From Elusimicrobiota bacterium (GTDB lineage Bacteria; Elusimicrobiota; Elusimicrobia; UBA1565): DNA of 64,000 nt. Positions 9,430 through 21,200 of this stretch are shown in pieces (position 1 is the first letter of the stretch; every line of letters begins with the position of its first letter). The notes under the pieces were generated by a model. The model saw only the letters and a program-made list of their open reading frames with translations. It ran no database searches and had not been told where the DNA came from. The stretch is taken from positions 1 through 64,000 of the forward strand of contig JBDREN010000120.1 of assembly GCA_043819795.1 (NCBI GenBank), read 5' to 3'. Position numbers and translations under genes: made by a program.

Positions 9430-10623
9430 ATGCGGGGCATACTCGCGCTTGTGGCGTGCCTGGCGGCTCCCCTCCACGGCGGGGACTGGACCCCAAAGCT
9501 CTCCGGCTACGCGGCCGGCGAGGCGCGGGGATTCGCCGCGGCGCCGCCCTATCAAGGCCAGGTCCGGAACACGGTCTCGGCCGTCTTCGAGCCCGAGCTG
9601 CACCTGCCTCTGGGCCGCGAGGAGCTCACCGCGACCTTCTCCCCCTTCGGCCGGTTGGACTCGGCGGACCCCGAACGGACGTACTTCGACGTCCGAGAGC
9701 TCTTCGTCCTGTGGCACGGCGGGCGGTGGGAGGCGCGCGCGGGCGTGGACAAGGTCTTCTGGGGCGTGACCGAATCGGCGCACCTCGTGGACATCGTCAA
9801 CCAGACGGACACCCTCGGCTCCTTCGACGGAGAGGACAAGCTCGGCCAGCCCATGCTCAAGCTTTCGCTGTCGCCGGACCTCGGGACCTTCGACCTCTTC
9901 CTGCTGCCCTATTTCCGCGAGCGCACCTTCGCGGGGGCCAGGGGCAGGCTGCGCGGCCCGTTGGTCGCGAAGAACTCGCTCGCCCGCTACGAAAGCGCGG
10001 CCGGAGAATGGCATCAGGACTTCGCCGTCCGCTACAGCCGGAGCGTTTCCGTGCTAGACATAGGGCTGTCGCACTTCCATGGGACCGGCCGGGAGCCGAC
10101 CCTGCTCCAAGGCGTGGACCCTTCCGGCACGCCCGTCTACATCCCCTTCTACGAGCAAATAGACCAGACCGGGCTGGACGCGCAGCTGACCGCGGGCTCC
10201 TGGCTATGGAAGCTGGAGGCGATCAGGCGAAACGGCGAGGGCCCGCGCGCCTTCGTGGCGTCGGCCCTGGGATTGGAGTACAGCATCTCCGGCGTGCTCG
10301 GGAGCCCCATCGACCTCGGCCTGCTCGCGGAATGGCTGCTCGACGACCGGCACGGGGACGCCCTGCGGGCGGCCGACAACGACATCACGGCGGGCTTCCG
10401 GCTGGCCTTCAACGACGTGCAGGGGACCGAGCTGCTGGCCTTCGTGGTCCACGACTACCGGAACGCCTCCCGCGTGCTGAGCGTGGAAGCCGGCCGCCGC
10501 CTCACCGACAACTGGAAGGCGGAGGCGCAGGGGTTCATGTTCCTGGGGGCGGCCCCGGGCGATCCCACCTACCTGGTCCGCGACGACGACCACCTCGAGA
10601 TCCGGCTCGCCTATTACTTCTGA
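9430..10623 (+). CDS. Outer-membrane beta-barrel protein of the MMPL/LolA-like cluster
   Basis: Signal peptide, KVFWGVTE..HLVDIVNQ motif, C-terminal YYF. Confidence 0.8.
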   Translation: MRGILALVACLAAPLHGGDWTPKLSGYAAGEARGFAAAPPYQGQVRNTVSAVFEPELHLPLGREELTATFSPFGRLDSADPERTYFDVRELFVLWHGGRWEARAGVDKVFWGVTESAHLVDIVNQTDTLGSFDGEDKLGQPMLKLSLSPDLGTFDLFLLPYFRERTFAGARGRLRGPLVAKNSLARYESAAGEWHQDFAVRYSRSVSVLDIGLSHFHGTGREPTLLQGVDPSGTPVYIPFYEQIDQTGLDAQLTAGSWLWKLEAIRRNGEGPRAFVASALGLEYSISGVLGSPIDLGLLAEWLLDDRHGDALRAADNDITAGFRLAFNDVQGTELLAFVVHDYRNASRVLSVEAGRRLTDNWKAEAQGFMFLGAAPGDPTYLVRDDDHLEIRLAYYF

Positions 10624-10633
10624 CCCATCGGCC

Positions 10634-12463
10634 TCAGTCTTCGATCGATTCGGTCCTGGAGCTCTTCTCGCTGCGGCGGCGCATCCCCTTGGGGAGCACG
10701 CGCTTGCGCAGGCGCAGGGCCTTCGGGGTGACCTCGACAAGCTCGTCCTCGGCGATGAACTCGATCGCCTCTTCGAGGGTCATCGCGCGCGGACTCGTGA
10801 TCGTCAGGGCTTCGTCGGAAGCCTTGCTGCGGATGTTCGAGAGGTGCTTGGTCTTGCACGGGTTCACGACGGCGTCGTTCTCGCGGCTGTGCTCGCCGCA
10901 GATCTGCCCCTCGTAGACGTCCACGCCCGCCCCGAGGAAGAGGACGCCGCGCTCCTGAAGGTTGTAGAGCGCGTAGGCCGTCGTCCTGCCGAGCTCCTTG
11001 GCGATCATCGCTCCGCTCTTACGCCCGCCCAGGTCCGGACCCTTCGGCGCCCAGCCCCGGAAGCTGTGGTGCATGATCCCGGTACCTCTCGTCATCGTCA
11101 TCAGCTGGTTCCGGAACCCGAGCAGGTTGCGCGCGGGGATCTCGTACTCGAGCCGCAGGCGCCCCTGGCGATGGGGGGCCATATTCTCCATGTCGGCTTG
11201 GCGCTTGCCCAAGCTCTCAATCACGGGGCCGCGGTAGGCTTCATCGATGTCCAAGACCAGCCCCTCGGTCGGCTCGCAGAGCCTCCCTTCGAGGCGCTTG
11301 AAGATCACCTGCGGGCGGCCCACCGCGAGCTCGTAGCCCTCGCGCCGCATCGTCTCGATCAAAATCGAGAGGTGAAGCTCCCCCCGGCCCGAGACCTTCC
11401 ACACGCCTTCGCCCGCGAGCGGCTCGATCCGCAGGCCGACGTTGTGCTGGAGCTCCCTATCGAGCCGATCGGCCAGATGGCGCGAGGTAAGGTATCTGCC
11501 GTCGCGCCCGGCGAACGGCGAGTTGTTGACGCGGAATTCCATCTCGAGCGTCGGCTCGTCTATCGAGAGCGCCGGCAGGGCCTTGGGCGACTCGGGATCG
11601 GCGATCGTCTCGCCGATCTCGATCCCCTCGAGCCCCGCGACCGCGACGATATCCCCCGCGACGGCCTCGGCGCGGTCCTCCCGGCCGAGCCCCACGAACG
11701 CCTGGAGCCGGGTGACCTTCGCGGGGATGATCGAGCCATCGGGCAGGATCCGCACGATGCTCCCCCCCTTGACGATGCGCCCGTTTCGGACGCGCCCGAT
11801 CCCGATGCGCCCGATGTAGCTCGAGTAGTCCAGCATCGTGACCTGCAGTTGGAGGGGCTGGTCGGGATCGCCCTCGGGAGCGGGGACATTATCGAGGATC
11901 GTCTCAAAAAGCGGCTTGAGCGACTCGCCCGCCGTCGCGGACTCGCGGGACATCCAGCCTTGCTTCGCCGAGCCGTAGATGATCGGGAAGTCCAGCTGCT
12001 CGTCGGTCGCGCCGAGGTCCGCGAAGAGGTCGAAGACCTGGTCCAGCGTCCCTTCCGGGTCGATGTGGGGGCGGTCCATCTTGTTGATCACGACGATGGG
12101 CGCGAGGCCGAGCTCGAGGGCCTTCTGCGTGACGAACTTCGTCTGCGGCATCGGGCCCTCGACGGCGTCCACGAGGAGGAGCACGCCGTCGACCATGCGC
12201 AGGATGCGCTCGACCTCGCTGCCGAAGTCGGCGTGTCCCGGGGTGTCGACGATGTTGAGCGTGGTCCCCTTGTAGCGGACGGAGGTGCACTTGCTCAGGA
12301 TCGTGATGCCGCGCTCCCTCTCGAGATCGTTGACGTCGAGCGCCTGGGCCCGGGCCTCGGTGTGCTGGCCGGTCTGGCGGAACATCGCGTCCACCAGCGT
12401 GGTCTTGCCGTGGTCGACGTGCGCGATGATGGCGAAGGTCCGGACGTCCTGGCGTCGAGGCAT
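10634..12463 (-). CDS. typA: Translational GTPase TypA/BipA
   Basis: [34 protein letters not shown] and DELVEVTP motifs. Confidence 0.97.
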   Translation of the reverse strand: MPRRQDVRTFAIIAHVDHGKTTLVDAMFRQTGQHTEARAQALDVNDLERERGITILSKCTSVRYKGTTLNIVDTPGHADFGSEVERILRMVDGVLLLVDAVEGPMPQTKFVTQKALELGLAPIVVINKMDRPHIDPEGTLDQVFDLFADLGATDEQLDFPIIYGSAKQGWMSRESATAGESLKPLFETILDNVPAPEGDPDQPLQLQVTMLDYSSYIGRIGIGRVRNGRIVKGGSIVRILPDGSIIPAKVTRLQAFVGLGREDRAEAVAGDIVAVAGLEGIEIGETIADPESPKALPALSIDEPTLEMEFRVNNSPFAGRDGRYLTSRHLADRLDRELQHNVGLRIEPLAGEGVWKVSGRGELHLSILIETMRREGYELAVGRPQVIFKRLEGRLCEPTEGLVLDIDEAYRGPVIESLGKRQADMENMAPHRQGRLRLEYEIPARNLLGFRNQLMTMTRGTGIMHHSFRGWAPKGPDLGGRKSGAMIAKELGRTTAYALYNLQERGVLFLGAGVDVYEGQICGEHSRENDAVVNPCKTKHLSNIRSKASDEALTITSPRAMTLEEAIEFIAEDELVEVTPKALRLRKRVLPKGMRRRSEKSSRTESIED

Positions 12464-12470
12464 GGACATA

Positions 12471-13022
12471 TCAGCCTGGCTTGCGCAGGCAGAACTCCTG
12501 GGACGGCACGTCAAGCGCGGCGTTGAACCGGCTCGAAAGATTCTGAAATGCGATCCAAGACGTCAGCTCCACAAGCTGCTCCTCGGAAAAATGCGGCCGT
12601 AGTTGCGCGAAGACCGCGTCGTCCACCCGCGCGCCGGTCTCCGACATCGCCTCGGCGTAACGAAGCGCGGCCCGCTCCCGATCGGTGAAGAAGGGGCTCC
12701 GCCCATGGTCGCCGAGCGAAGCCAGCTTTTCCTCGGAGATCCCCAGAGCCTTCAAAGTCTCGGAACTCAGAGAGAAGCAGAACTGGCACTCGTTGAGCTG
12801 CGACACCCGCGCCGAGACCAAAGACCGGAGAGCCTTGTCCACGAGCGAGCCCCGGCGGTCCAGGAAACGGTAGTAAATCTGGAGCCCGAGCATAAGGGCG
12901 GGCACCCGGCCCCAGACGTAGGCGGGAGCCAAGGTCTTGCCGTACTTGCGCCCCTGAGCCCAGAAGATCAGGCGCACGTACCAGGGATATTTCCGCGTTT
13001 CCAATGGGGCGACCCGCGACAT
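12471..13022 (-). CDS. Carboxymuconolactone decarboxylase / AhpD-like protein
   Basis: [11 protein letters not shown]xx[10 protein letters not shown] and FQNLSSRFN motifs. Confidence 0.85.
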   Translation of the reverse strand: MSRVAPLETRKYPWYVRLIFWAQGRKYGKTLAPAYVWGRVPALMLGLQIYYRFLDRRGSLVDKALRSLVSARVSQLNECQFCFSLSSETLKALGISEEKLASLGDHGRSPFFTDRERAALRYAEAMSETGARVDDAVFAQLRPHFSEEQLVELTSWIAFQNLSSRFNAALDVPSQEFCLRKPG

Positions 13023-13144
13023 GCCCAAGTTTTACTCCTTCGGCGGTTCAAGCGCAAGGGCCCGCGGAACCGGGGCTCCCGCCTATTTTTGTATCCTTTT
13101 TGCCGAGGCCGTTGAGGCCGAGGCGGACTTTACGCGCTGAAGAG

Positions 13145-15268
13145 ATGGAGCTGCTTGCGCCCGCGGGATCCAAAGAATCCTTCGTAGCCGCGATACGCGG
13201 CGGCGCGGACTCCGTATATGTGGGCGTCAAGAGCCACAACGCGCGCATCTACGCGAAGAACCTCAGCTTCTACGACCTCGAGGTGCTCATCCACCACGCG
13301 CACGAGCGCGGGAGGAAAGTCTACGTCACCTTCAACACGCTGATAAAGCAGCGGGAGATGGACGACGCGGCGAGAGCGCTCGCGGCCCTCGAGAGGCTCG
13401 GCCCCGACGCCCTCATCGTCCAGGACATGGGCGTGGCGCGGGTCGTCCGCGAGCATTTCCCGGGCCTCGCCCTGCACTCCAGCACCCAGATGGCGGCGCA
13501 CAACGGCCAAGGCGCGGCCGTGCTCGCGGAGCGCGGGTTCACCCGCGTGATCGTGGCCCGCGAGCTCTCCTTCTCCGAGCTGAAGCTCATCGCCGGCGGA
13601 TCGCCGGTCGAGCTGGAGGTGTTCTGCCACGGAGCGCTCTGCTTCTGCGTCTCCGGCATGTGCCTGTTCTCCAGCGCCATGGGCGGCCACAGCGGCAACC
13701 GCGGACGCTGCACGCAGCCGTGCCGCCGGCTCTGGAGAAGCGGCAAGGAGAAAGGCTATCTATTCTCGCCCAAGGACCTCCAGCTCGCGGAGCACGTGCG
13801 CAAGCTGCGATCCATCGGCGTCGCGGGCCTCAAGATCGAGGGCCGGCTGCGGAGCAGCGACTACGTCTACCGCGTGGTGAAGGCGTACCGCGCGATCCTG
13901 GACGCCGACGACGGCGGTCTCGACGAGGCGCTCAAGGAGGCCCGGGCCCTGCTCGCCGCGGACTACGCGCGGGCGAAGACCACCGCGCTCTTCTCCGGCC
14001 GAGATCCGGACCTGATCAGCCCCGGTCAGACCCAGTGCCTCGGCCTAAGGATAGGCGAGGTGGCCGGCTCAGTGGAAGGCCGGCTGTCGATCGAGGTCTC
14101 CCGCGCGCTCGAGCGCGGCGACCGCCTCCGCGTATCCGACCCCGGCAGCGACCGTACCGAGGTCCTGAAGGTCAAGGATTTCACGCGCGACGGAAAGCGC
14201 TACGAGCTGCCCTACTCGGGCCCGGCTTTCGGACCGGGGACGCCAGTCTTCCTGGCCGGAGACGCCCGGTCGGAGGAAAAAAGCTTCACCAAGGAGGTCG
14301 ACGCCCTCTTCGTCGCATACGGCGGGTCGCGCGGCCGGGCCGGGGACGCGCCGCCCCATTCGAAGGCGTACGCCGGGCTTCTGGCGAACCAGTGGGCGAG
14401 GAATCGCGGGGCCGCCCGCTCCGAGCGCTTGTGGATCACCATCGACGACCCGGCCTGGACGCGGGTCATCCCGCTCCGGAAGGCGGCCGCCGGAGTGGAC
14501 GCCCCACCGGACGCCCACTCACTCCCCGATGGCGCCCGGCATCGCGCCCCTGCCGGGGTGGACGCGGATCTCGTGATGTCCCTCAATCGGGACAATCTCC
14601 ACGCGTTCCTGGATGCCGCCAAAGACCTCCCCGTGGCGGCGAAAGACGTGATCTGCCAGCTGACCCCCTATATCGGGCAGAGAGAGCTTCCCGAGTTCCG
14701 CCGCGCCGTTCAAGTCCTGTCCGCCGCGGGTTTCTCGCGATGGATCCTCAACAACGTCTCGCACTTCGGGTTCTTCAAGGACACGCCCGCCGAGCTGATC
14801 GCGGGCCCGTTCCTATACACCTGGAACGCGTACGCCGCGCTCGCCTGGAAAGAGCTGGGAGTATCCCGCTTCATCGTGTCATGGGAGGACGACGCGCTCA
14901 ACATCAAAGAGCTCTGCCGCCTGGCCCTGCGCGGCCATCTGGTCGCGTATCTGTACGGCTATCCCCCGCTGGCGCGCTCCCGCATGCTGAGCAAGCGGAT
15001 GTGCGACGGCGGCCCGGTGGAGGAAAAGCCGGGCGTCCGCTTCCGGAGAGTGTTCGAATCCGGCTCCGCGATCTTGATCCCGGACAAGCCCGTGTCGCTC
15101 TTCAACGCGAGGAAGAAGCTCTCGGAGCTCGGGATAGACGCCTTCGGGATCGATCTGAGCTTCATCGCCCCGGACGCGGAGCGCTGGAGCGCGATATACG
15201 CGTCATTTCGCGACAGGGTGAACCCCGACGATACGATCAAGTTCAACTTCAAGCGCGGGGTGAAATAG
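13145..15268 (+). CDS. U32-family protein (RlhA/TrhP-like RNA hydroxylation family)
   Basis: MELLAPAG, GADSVY, HSSTQM, HGALC..SGMC..NRGRCTQPCR and KIEGR motifs. Confidence 0.9.
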   Translation: MELLAPAGSKESFVAAIRGGADSVYVGVKSHNARIYAKNLSFYDLEVLIHHAHERGRKVYVTFNTLIKQREMDDAARALAALERLGPDALIVQDMGVARVVREHFPGLALHSSTQMAAHNGQGAAVLAERGFTRVIVARELSFSELKLIAGGSPVELEVFCHGALCFCVSGMCLFSSAMGGHSGNRGRCTQPCRRLWRSGKEKGYLFSPKDLQLAEHVRKLRSIGVAGLKIEGRLRSSDYVYRVVKAYRAILDADDGGLDEALKEARALLAADYARAKTTALFSGRDPDLISPGQTQCLGLRIGEVAGSVEGRLSIEVSRALERGDRLRVSDPGSDRTEVLKVKDFTRDGKRYELPYSGPAFGPGTPVFLAGDARSEEKSFTKEVDALFVAYGGSRGRAGDAPPHSKAYAGLLANQWARNRGAARSERLWITIDDPAWTRVIPLRKAAAGVDAPPDAHSLPDGARHRAPAGVDADLVMSLNRDNLHAFLDAAKDLPVAAKDVICQLTPYIGQRELPEFRRAVQVLSAAGFSRWILNNVSHFGFFKDTPAELIAGPFLYTWNAYAALAWKELGVSRFIVSWEDDALNIKELCRLALRGHLVAYLYGYPPLARSRMLSKRMCDGGPVEEKPGVRFRRVFESGSAILIPDKPVSLFNARKKLSELGIDAFGIDLSFIAPDAERWSAIYASFRDRVNPDDTIKFNFKRGVK

Positions 15269-15292
15269 CGGCCGCGCGTCCAAAGCTCCGGG

Positions 15293-15979
15293 TCAACCGA
15301 ACAGAAGGTGGTAGCCCGCCAGAAAGATCGCGGCGTCGACGCAGGCGTGGCTGACCCAAGGGCCCCAGAGCGAGCCGGTCCTGCGGTACAGCCACGCCCA
15401 GTAGGCCCCGCCTGCGCCGACCGCCGTTCCGAAGAAGGCCGCCCAACCCGGGCCGAAGAACTGCCAGAGGATCACGTAATGGTGAAGGGCGAAGGCCAGG
15501 GCGCTGAGCCCCACGGCCGCGCGAGCCGGAACGAGGCGCTCCAGCCTCCCGTAGACGAACCAGCGCCAGTAGTACTCCTCGATGAGCGAATGCGCGGCCG
15601 ACACGAAGACGGCGAACGGGAGGTAATGCTCGAGGACGCCCAGTCCCGCCGCCTTGGCGCGGATCGCCGGCACGAAGGGCCGCAGCGATTCCTGCAGGCC
15701 GAAGCGATAGACAAGCAGCATGAGCGCCGCCAAGCCCAGCCCGCCGGCAAGGCCCAAGCAGAGCGAGAGGTTGCCGTCCTCTATCCCGCGGCGTCGCCCG
15801 CTTGAAGGGCCGTCCCCCCCGAAGCGGAGCCACAACGCCGGCCAGGCGACGGTGAAAAGCTTCACGCCGCCGTACGCCGCCTGAGCGGCCGCCGACGCGG
15901 GAAGCCAGACGAAGTACCCCAGCGCGCCCAAGAACGGGACCAGCATCGCCGCCGTCAGGAAGAACCATTCAACGCCCAT
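15293..15979 (-). CDS. CPBP/Abi (CAAX) intramembrane protease
   Basis: EEYYWRW, FALHH and SHACVD motifs. Confidence 0.88.
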   Translation of the reverse strand: MGVEWFFLTAAMLVPFLGALGYFVWLPASAAAQAAYGGVKLFTVAWPALWLRFGGDGPSSGRRRGIEDGNLSLCLGLAGGLGLAALMLLVYRFGLQESLRPFVPAIRAKAAGLGVLEHYLPFAVFVSAAHSLIEEYYWRWFVYGRLERLVPARAAVGLSALAFALHHYVILWQFFGPGWAAFFGTAVGAGGAYWAWLYRRTGSLWGPWVSHACVDAAIFLAGYHLLFG

Positions 15980-16160
15980 GTCGGTGACCCGCCATCACCC
16001 TGGGTGGAGCAATTTTTGTGCCAACTGAACGGGCCGCCTCCCCGCCCGTGCTCGGATCGATGTCAGCGCTCCACAGGTCGGGCGCCGCCACCGACTGAAA
16101 CTCCGCTGACATTCAATATCGCCGTTTATCGACGAGCGGCATGTCCATATCCGGCCTAAA

Positions 16161-16256
16161 CGCTGACACGAAAAATTAATACTTTGAAAATAACACCTTT
16201 TCTAAGTCCGATGTCAGCGCTTTGTCCTTGACTTCCAGGCGTCGCGAAGCAATACT
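16161..16256 (+). promoter_or_regulatory. Conserved operator/promoter module, copy A
   Basis: cgCTGACa-N43-tGTCAGcg-ctttgtcc-TTGACT-N17-AATACT. Extra sites at 16061-16068 and 16104-16111. Confidence 0.75.
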
Positions 16257-16281
16257 ACGATGAGCTTCAAGGAAACGGCCC

Positions 16282-17298
16282 ATGGTTTCGGCATTCCGCC
16301 ATAGCGGCATATCATACCCCGGATGCGACCGCCGGACCGCCGGCCGCGTCGACGACCGCCCGCCCCGGATTCTCCGCTGGTCTCTGGCCGCCCTGCTCTG
16401 TCCGGCGACGTGCCTTTCGGTGCGCGCTGCGGAAGCGCATTTGGAATTCCGCGTGGACGGTGTGGACGGCCGCAGCGCGCTCATCGTGCCGGCCGAACTG
16501 CGGAAGGTTATGTTGGTCCACATCTTCTCGATAGGGGAAAAGGACTGGCAGGGGGAGATCGAGGACCTGCAAGCCTTGCATAAACGCCACAAGGAGGATG
16601 GCTTCGCCGCGATCTCGGTGGCGGCTCGGGCGCCGGGAGTCGAGCGGAAGCTGAGGAGGTTCGCCTCCGCGCGGAAGATCGCCTTCCCGATCGGAGTGGA
16701 CTCCCCGGGCGGGGCCCTGGACGTCTTCGGCGTCGGCGAGATGCCCCGCGTCGTCCTGATCGAGGCGTCCGGGAAGGTAAGCCTGCGCTCTACGGAGAGG
16801 TTGGCGTCCCTCCTTCCGAGCCTCAAGGAGACGCTGCCCCGCCTGCTGGAGGAGCGGAGGGGATATATAAAGGAGCAGGAGCGTCTGGCCGAGGAGCGGG
16901 CCGCGAAGATGAAGGCCGAAGAGCAAGCCCCAATCCTCGACGCCGAGGGGGAAATCGAAGCCGTCACCCCGGAGGATCTCAAGAAGATGCTCGAGGACGG
17001 CGAGGACTTCGGCCTGTATTTCGTGGGCATCAAGGAGGATTTCGAGGAGAAGCGCATCCCCCGGGCGGTCTTCGTCCACATCGGCGAGGTGGACGGCTAT
17101 TTCGAGGGCCGGGGCCGGGGGGAGCGGATCGTACTGTACTGCGGCTGCGGAGAAAGCGAGCTGGGCGCGAGCGGCCGCGCCGCCATCGAGCTTTACCGGA
17201 AGGGCTTCAAGAACGTGGCCTATCTGGAAGGCCATATCCACGAGTGGGAAGCCAGGGGCTTCCCGCTCATCAAGGGGACGCACACAAACGGAGGCTGA
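16282..17298 (+). CDS. Redoxin-like (no CxxC) plus rhodanese fusion protein
   Basis: TlpA-like fold (IEDLQALH, MPRVVLIE cis-Pro strand) and rhodanese domain (RIPRA, VLYCGC, GFKNVAYLEG). Start uncertain. Confidence 0.75.
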   Translation: MVSAFRHSGISYPGCDRRTAGRVDDRPPRILRWSLAALLCPATCLSVRAAEAHLEFRVDGVDGRSALIVPAELRKVMLVHIFSIGEKDWQGEIEDLQALHKRHKEDGFAAISVAARAPGVERKLRRFASARKIAFPIGVDSPGGALDVFGVGEMPRVVLIEASGKVSLRSTERLASLLPSLKETLPRLLEERRGYIKEQERLAEERAAKMKAEEQAPILDAEGEIEAVTPEDLKKMLEDGEDFGLYFVGIKEDFEEKRIPRAVFVHIGEVDGYFEGRGRGERIVLYCGCGESELGASGRAAIELYRKGFKNVAYLEGHIHEWEARGFPLIKGTHTNGG

Positions 17299-17299
17299 T

Positions 17300-18211
17300 A
17301 TGAACAGACGAAAAAACGTCCGGTGCGGGCTGATCATGACGGCGGCCCTGCTTATGAGCGTTGCGCTCGGTTCGGATGCGTTCGCGTTGACCGCTACAGT
17401 CGATCTGAATCGCGGCGCTTTCACGGGATGGGGCACCTGCAACCAGTGTTGGTGCGGGGAACGGTGGTCAAATTCGGACAATCAAAACCAGAAGGCGACG
17501 TTCACCGACACGACGCCCACGCCTGTGAGTCCCGGCGTGGACCTCGCATCGATCGTCCTCGACATCCCGCACAATATGTGCAACGAGGGGACCTTCGTGA
17601 TCTTCCTCAACGGCGTCGAAATTGTGCGCCAGTCGGGAGGCCAGGGGTGCTGCAGCCGCAAGAAGTTCGGGCCGTACGACGTCAAGCCTGGCGTCTACCC
17701 GGCGGGGATATACCAGTTAGGGGGAACGAACACCGTCGACATCCTGCATCTGGGCAGCGGCGGCTCGGCAGACACCGCGTTCTACAGCGACGACCCCATG
17801 ATCACGCTGCAACTGGACATCGGGATCCCCGCTCTCATCACCTCGCCGGAGGACGCGTCGTTCACGAACGCCGTCACGCCGGAGTTCCGGTGGAACGACC
17901 TCAGCGCCTTGGGAGTGACATCGTATCGTCTGGAAGTCGCGGAAACCCCATTCTTCGATCCGGACGTGATCGATGCGACGGTGAACGGCACCCAGTACAC
18001 GCCGTCGACCAGCCTGGGCAACGGCATCACGTACTACGCCCGGGTGACTCCGATCGGCATCGCCGGCGACATCCTCGCATACATCTCGGACTTCACCGTG
18101 GACACGACGCCGCCGCACCACCCGGTCTTGGAGTCGCCCGCGGACGAGGCGGAGGACGTGGTCGAGACCCCCACGTTCGACTGGCAGCCCCTGACGTCGG
18201 GGAGCGAGTGA
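17300..18211 (+). CDS. Secreted protein: Cys-rich head, one FN3-like domain and an orphan two-strand C-terminal tail
   Basis: Signal peptide ending DAFA, GGAGG RBS, head with 6 Cys, FN3-like unit, and tail PVLESPADEAEDVVETPTFDW followed closely by the stop. Confidence 0.85.
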   Translation: MNRRKNVRCGLIMTAALLMSVALGSDAFALTATVDLNRGAFTGWGTCNQCWCGERWSNSDNQNQKATFTDTTPTPVSPGVDLASIVLDIPHNMCNEGTFVIFLNGVEIVRQSGGQGCCSRKKFGPYDVKPGVYPAGIYQLGGTNTVDILHLGSGGSADTAFYSDDPMITLQLDIGIPALITSPEDASFTNAVTPEFRWNDLSALGVTSYRLEVAETPFFDPDVIDATVNGTQYTPSTSLGNGITYYARVTPIGIAGDILAYISDFTVDTTPPHHPVLESPADEAEDVVETPTFDWQPLTSGSE

Positions 18212-18250
18212 TCGGGCGGGCCGCCGCGCCCGACAAAGCGCCATGAGGCG

Positions 18251-21200
18251 ATGATGAGACGATCATCCGCGATTTTGGCGGGCCTGCTCGCGACGGTGCT
18301 GTGCGCGCGCGCGTGGGCCGTGCCGGATTCGCCCGCATTGGAGTTCCCCGTCGACGGTCGGCTGACGTCGGACAGGACTCCTTCGTTCGATTGGGCGGAC
18401 GTTCCCGGCGCCTCCCTCTACCGGCTCGAGGTATCCCTCAACTCCGGCTTCACCTCCATCGTGCAGAGCATCTCGGGGATCACCGAGTCCCGGTATACGC
18501 TGACGGGCCCGAGCCCGTACGGCCTGGAGCGAGGCAAGACATACTACTGGCGGGTCATCGCCAAGGACGAGACGGGGGAAAGCCCCCCCTCGGGCGGGAG
18601 GAGCCTGAAGCTGCGGCTGAACACGATCACCTACGACTTCGAGCTGAGCGACAACGAGGCCTTCGCCCCGCCGCTCGTCGCGGCCAGGACCCTGAGCTCC
18701 GAGGACCCCATGGTCGCGACCGCGAGCGAGGTCACGCTGACCGATGAGGAGCGCCTTCCCAACGACGCGCTGCTGTTCTGGCGGGTGCGGGCCATCGATT
18801 CCTCCGGCAACGTCCCGGCCTTCGTCGCGACGCGGAAGTTCACGACCATCGAGCCGCTCGACCCCGCCGCCCTGCTCCTGCCCGCGGACGGCTCCAAGCC
18901 GATCACGCCGACCCCGCTGTTGGACTGGGCGGACGTTCCCGCCGCCACGCAATACACGGTGACGGTCTCCACAGACCCGGGCCTGGAGCCGGCCCTGTTC
19001 ACGCGCAACTCCGGCTCGTCGCAATACCAGGCCGTCTCCGGCGACAACCTGCAGGACCAGGCCACCTACTATTGGAGGGTGAAGGCCGCCGACGCGGGAC
19101 GGATCAGCCTCTCGGATACCCGGAGCTTCATGATCAACTCCCTGGATCCCGCCGCGCTGCTCTTCCCCGCGGACAGGCGACGGACCTCCGACCGCACCCC
19201 GTCGCTTCAGTGGAGCGTGCCCCCCGACATGACGGGCCTGAGCTTCACTTTGGAGATGGCCGTCAACTCCTCCTTCTCGTCGCTGCAGTTCACGAGGAGC
19301 GGACTCGTCACCGGAGCCTACACGCTGGCCGGCGCGGGCGGGGAGCTCCTGGAGCGCGGGAAGACCTACTACTGGCGGGTCAAGACGATCGATCCCGGGG
19401 GCCAGGTGGTCACCTCCGCCTCGAGGAGGCTGCTGGTGGTCCACGACACCATCACCTACGACCTCGAGATCGCCGATGAGGACTCGTTCTCCCCGCCGCT
19501 GATCTTCGCGAGAACGCTGGCTTCCGACGATCCGATGGTCCCGACGACGAGCGAGGTCACGCTGAGCGAGGCCGAGCGCCTACCCAACGACGCGCTGCTC
19601 TTCTGGAGAGTGCGGGCCGTGGACTCCGCCGGGAACGCGCCCGCGTTCGTGCTCACGAGGAAGTTCACCGTCGTCACCGCGCCCCCGGTCGCGGTCCTGC
19701 TCTCGCCCGCGGAGGGCGCCCGGCCCATCACGCCGACGCCGCTCTTGGACTGGACGGACGTCCCGGGGGCCACGCAATACACGGTGACGGTCTCCACGGA
19801 GCCCGGCCTGGAGCCCGCCCTGTTCACGCGCAACTCGGGCGCGTCGCAGTACCAGGTCGCCTCCAGCGACAACCTGCAGGACGGGATCGCCTACTTTTGG
19901 AGCGTGAAGACCACGATCGGGATACGGACCAGCTACTCCGAGACGCGGAGCTTCACCATAGCGGCCCTCGAGCCGGCCGAGTTGCTCTTCCCCGCGGACA
20001 GGCGGCTGACCTCCGACCGCACCCCGACTCTGCAATGGAGCATGCCCCAGGACATGACCGGTCTGAGCTTCACCCTGGAGGTGGCCCTCAACTCGAGCTT
20101 CTCGTCGATGCTCTTCACAAAAACGGGCCTCTCCACCGGGACCTACACGCTCACCGGAGACCTGCCGGAGCGCTTCGAACGCGGGAAGACCTACTACTGG
20201 CGGGTGAAGACGATCGACGCCGGAGGCCAGATCCTCACATCTTTGACCAGGAAGCTCCAGGTTCGCCTCAACACCTACACCTTCACCCTGGAGGTCGACG
20301 ACGAGCTCCCGATGGCCCCGCCGTTCGTCTTCACGAGGACCGTGACCTCGGACGATCCCATGGTCCCGACGACGGACAAGATCACGCTGGCCCCGGAGGA
20401 GGCCCTCCCGTACGGCGCGGTGCTGTATTGGCGGGTGCGGGCGATCGACGCCGCGGGTAACGAGAGCGTGCGCGCGCCCGAGAGCAAGTTCACGGTCGTC
20501 GACCGGCTGGAGGCGGCGATCCTCCTGAATCCGTATGACGGCGCCCGGTCGTATACGCGGACGCCGCTCATGGACTGGACGGACGTCCCCTCGGCCACGG
20601 ACTACACGGTGTCCTTCTCGTTCAACGACGCGATGGACCCCGTGCTTTTCTCCCGCAACACCGGCGCGTCCCAGTACCAGACCGCCTCAGGCGACAGCCT
20701 CCAGGACCTGACCACCTATTACTGGCAGGTGGACGCCTCCGGGGAAGGGCAGACGAGCTCCTCCGCGATCCAGCGCTTCTTCGTCCGGCTGAGCGACTTG
20801 AGCGCGCCGGAGTTCCTCCTGCCGGAGAACGGCGCGACGGTGCGCACGAGGACGCCGCTCCTGGACTGGTCGGACGTCGCGGACGCGACGAGCTACACGG
20901 TGTTCTTCTCCAGCAAGGAGGCGCTGGAGCCGCTTCTGGTCAATCCCTCCATCACGGTCTCCGAGTTCCAGATCACGGAGGGCGACAACCTGGAGAACGG
21001 GACCACCTATTATTGGAGGGTCGAGTCCCGGACCGCGGGGGGGGAGTTCGCAATCTCCCCGATCCAGAGCTTCCTCGTCCAGGAGATCGTGGTCGTGCTC
21101 CCGCCGGGGCCGGTGGACCCGCTCTATCCGCCGGACGGCCGGCTCACCTCGGACCGGACGCCGTCTCTGGAGTGGAGCCCGCACGAGGACATGTCCGGCC

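Noticed and set aside
15980..16280. Replication origin (iterons plus AT-rich unwinding element)
   Set aside because: No DnaA boxes or rep gene were seen, and the same motif arrangement recurs at two other promoters, which fits a regulator better.
18190..18260. Frameshift or readthrough joining the 303-aa gene to the giant gene
   Set aside because: The giant gene has its own RBS, signal peptide and a complete first domain, and the B-type deficiency recurs six times, so a broken single gene does not explain the pattern.
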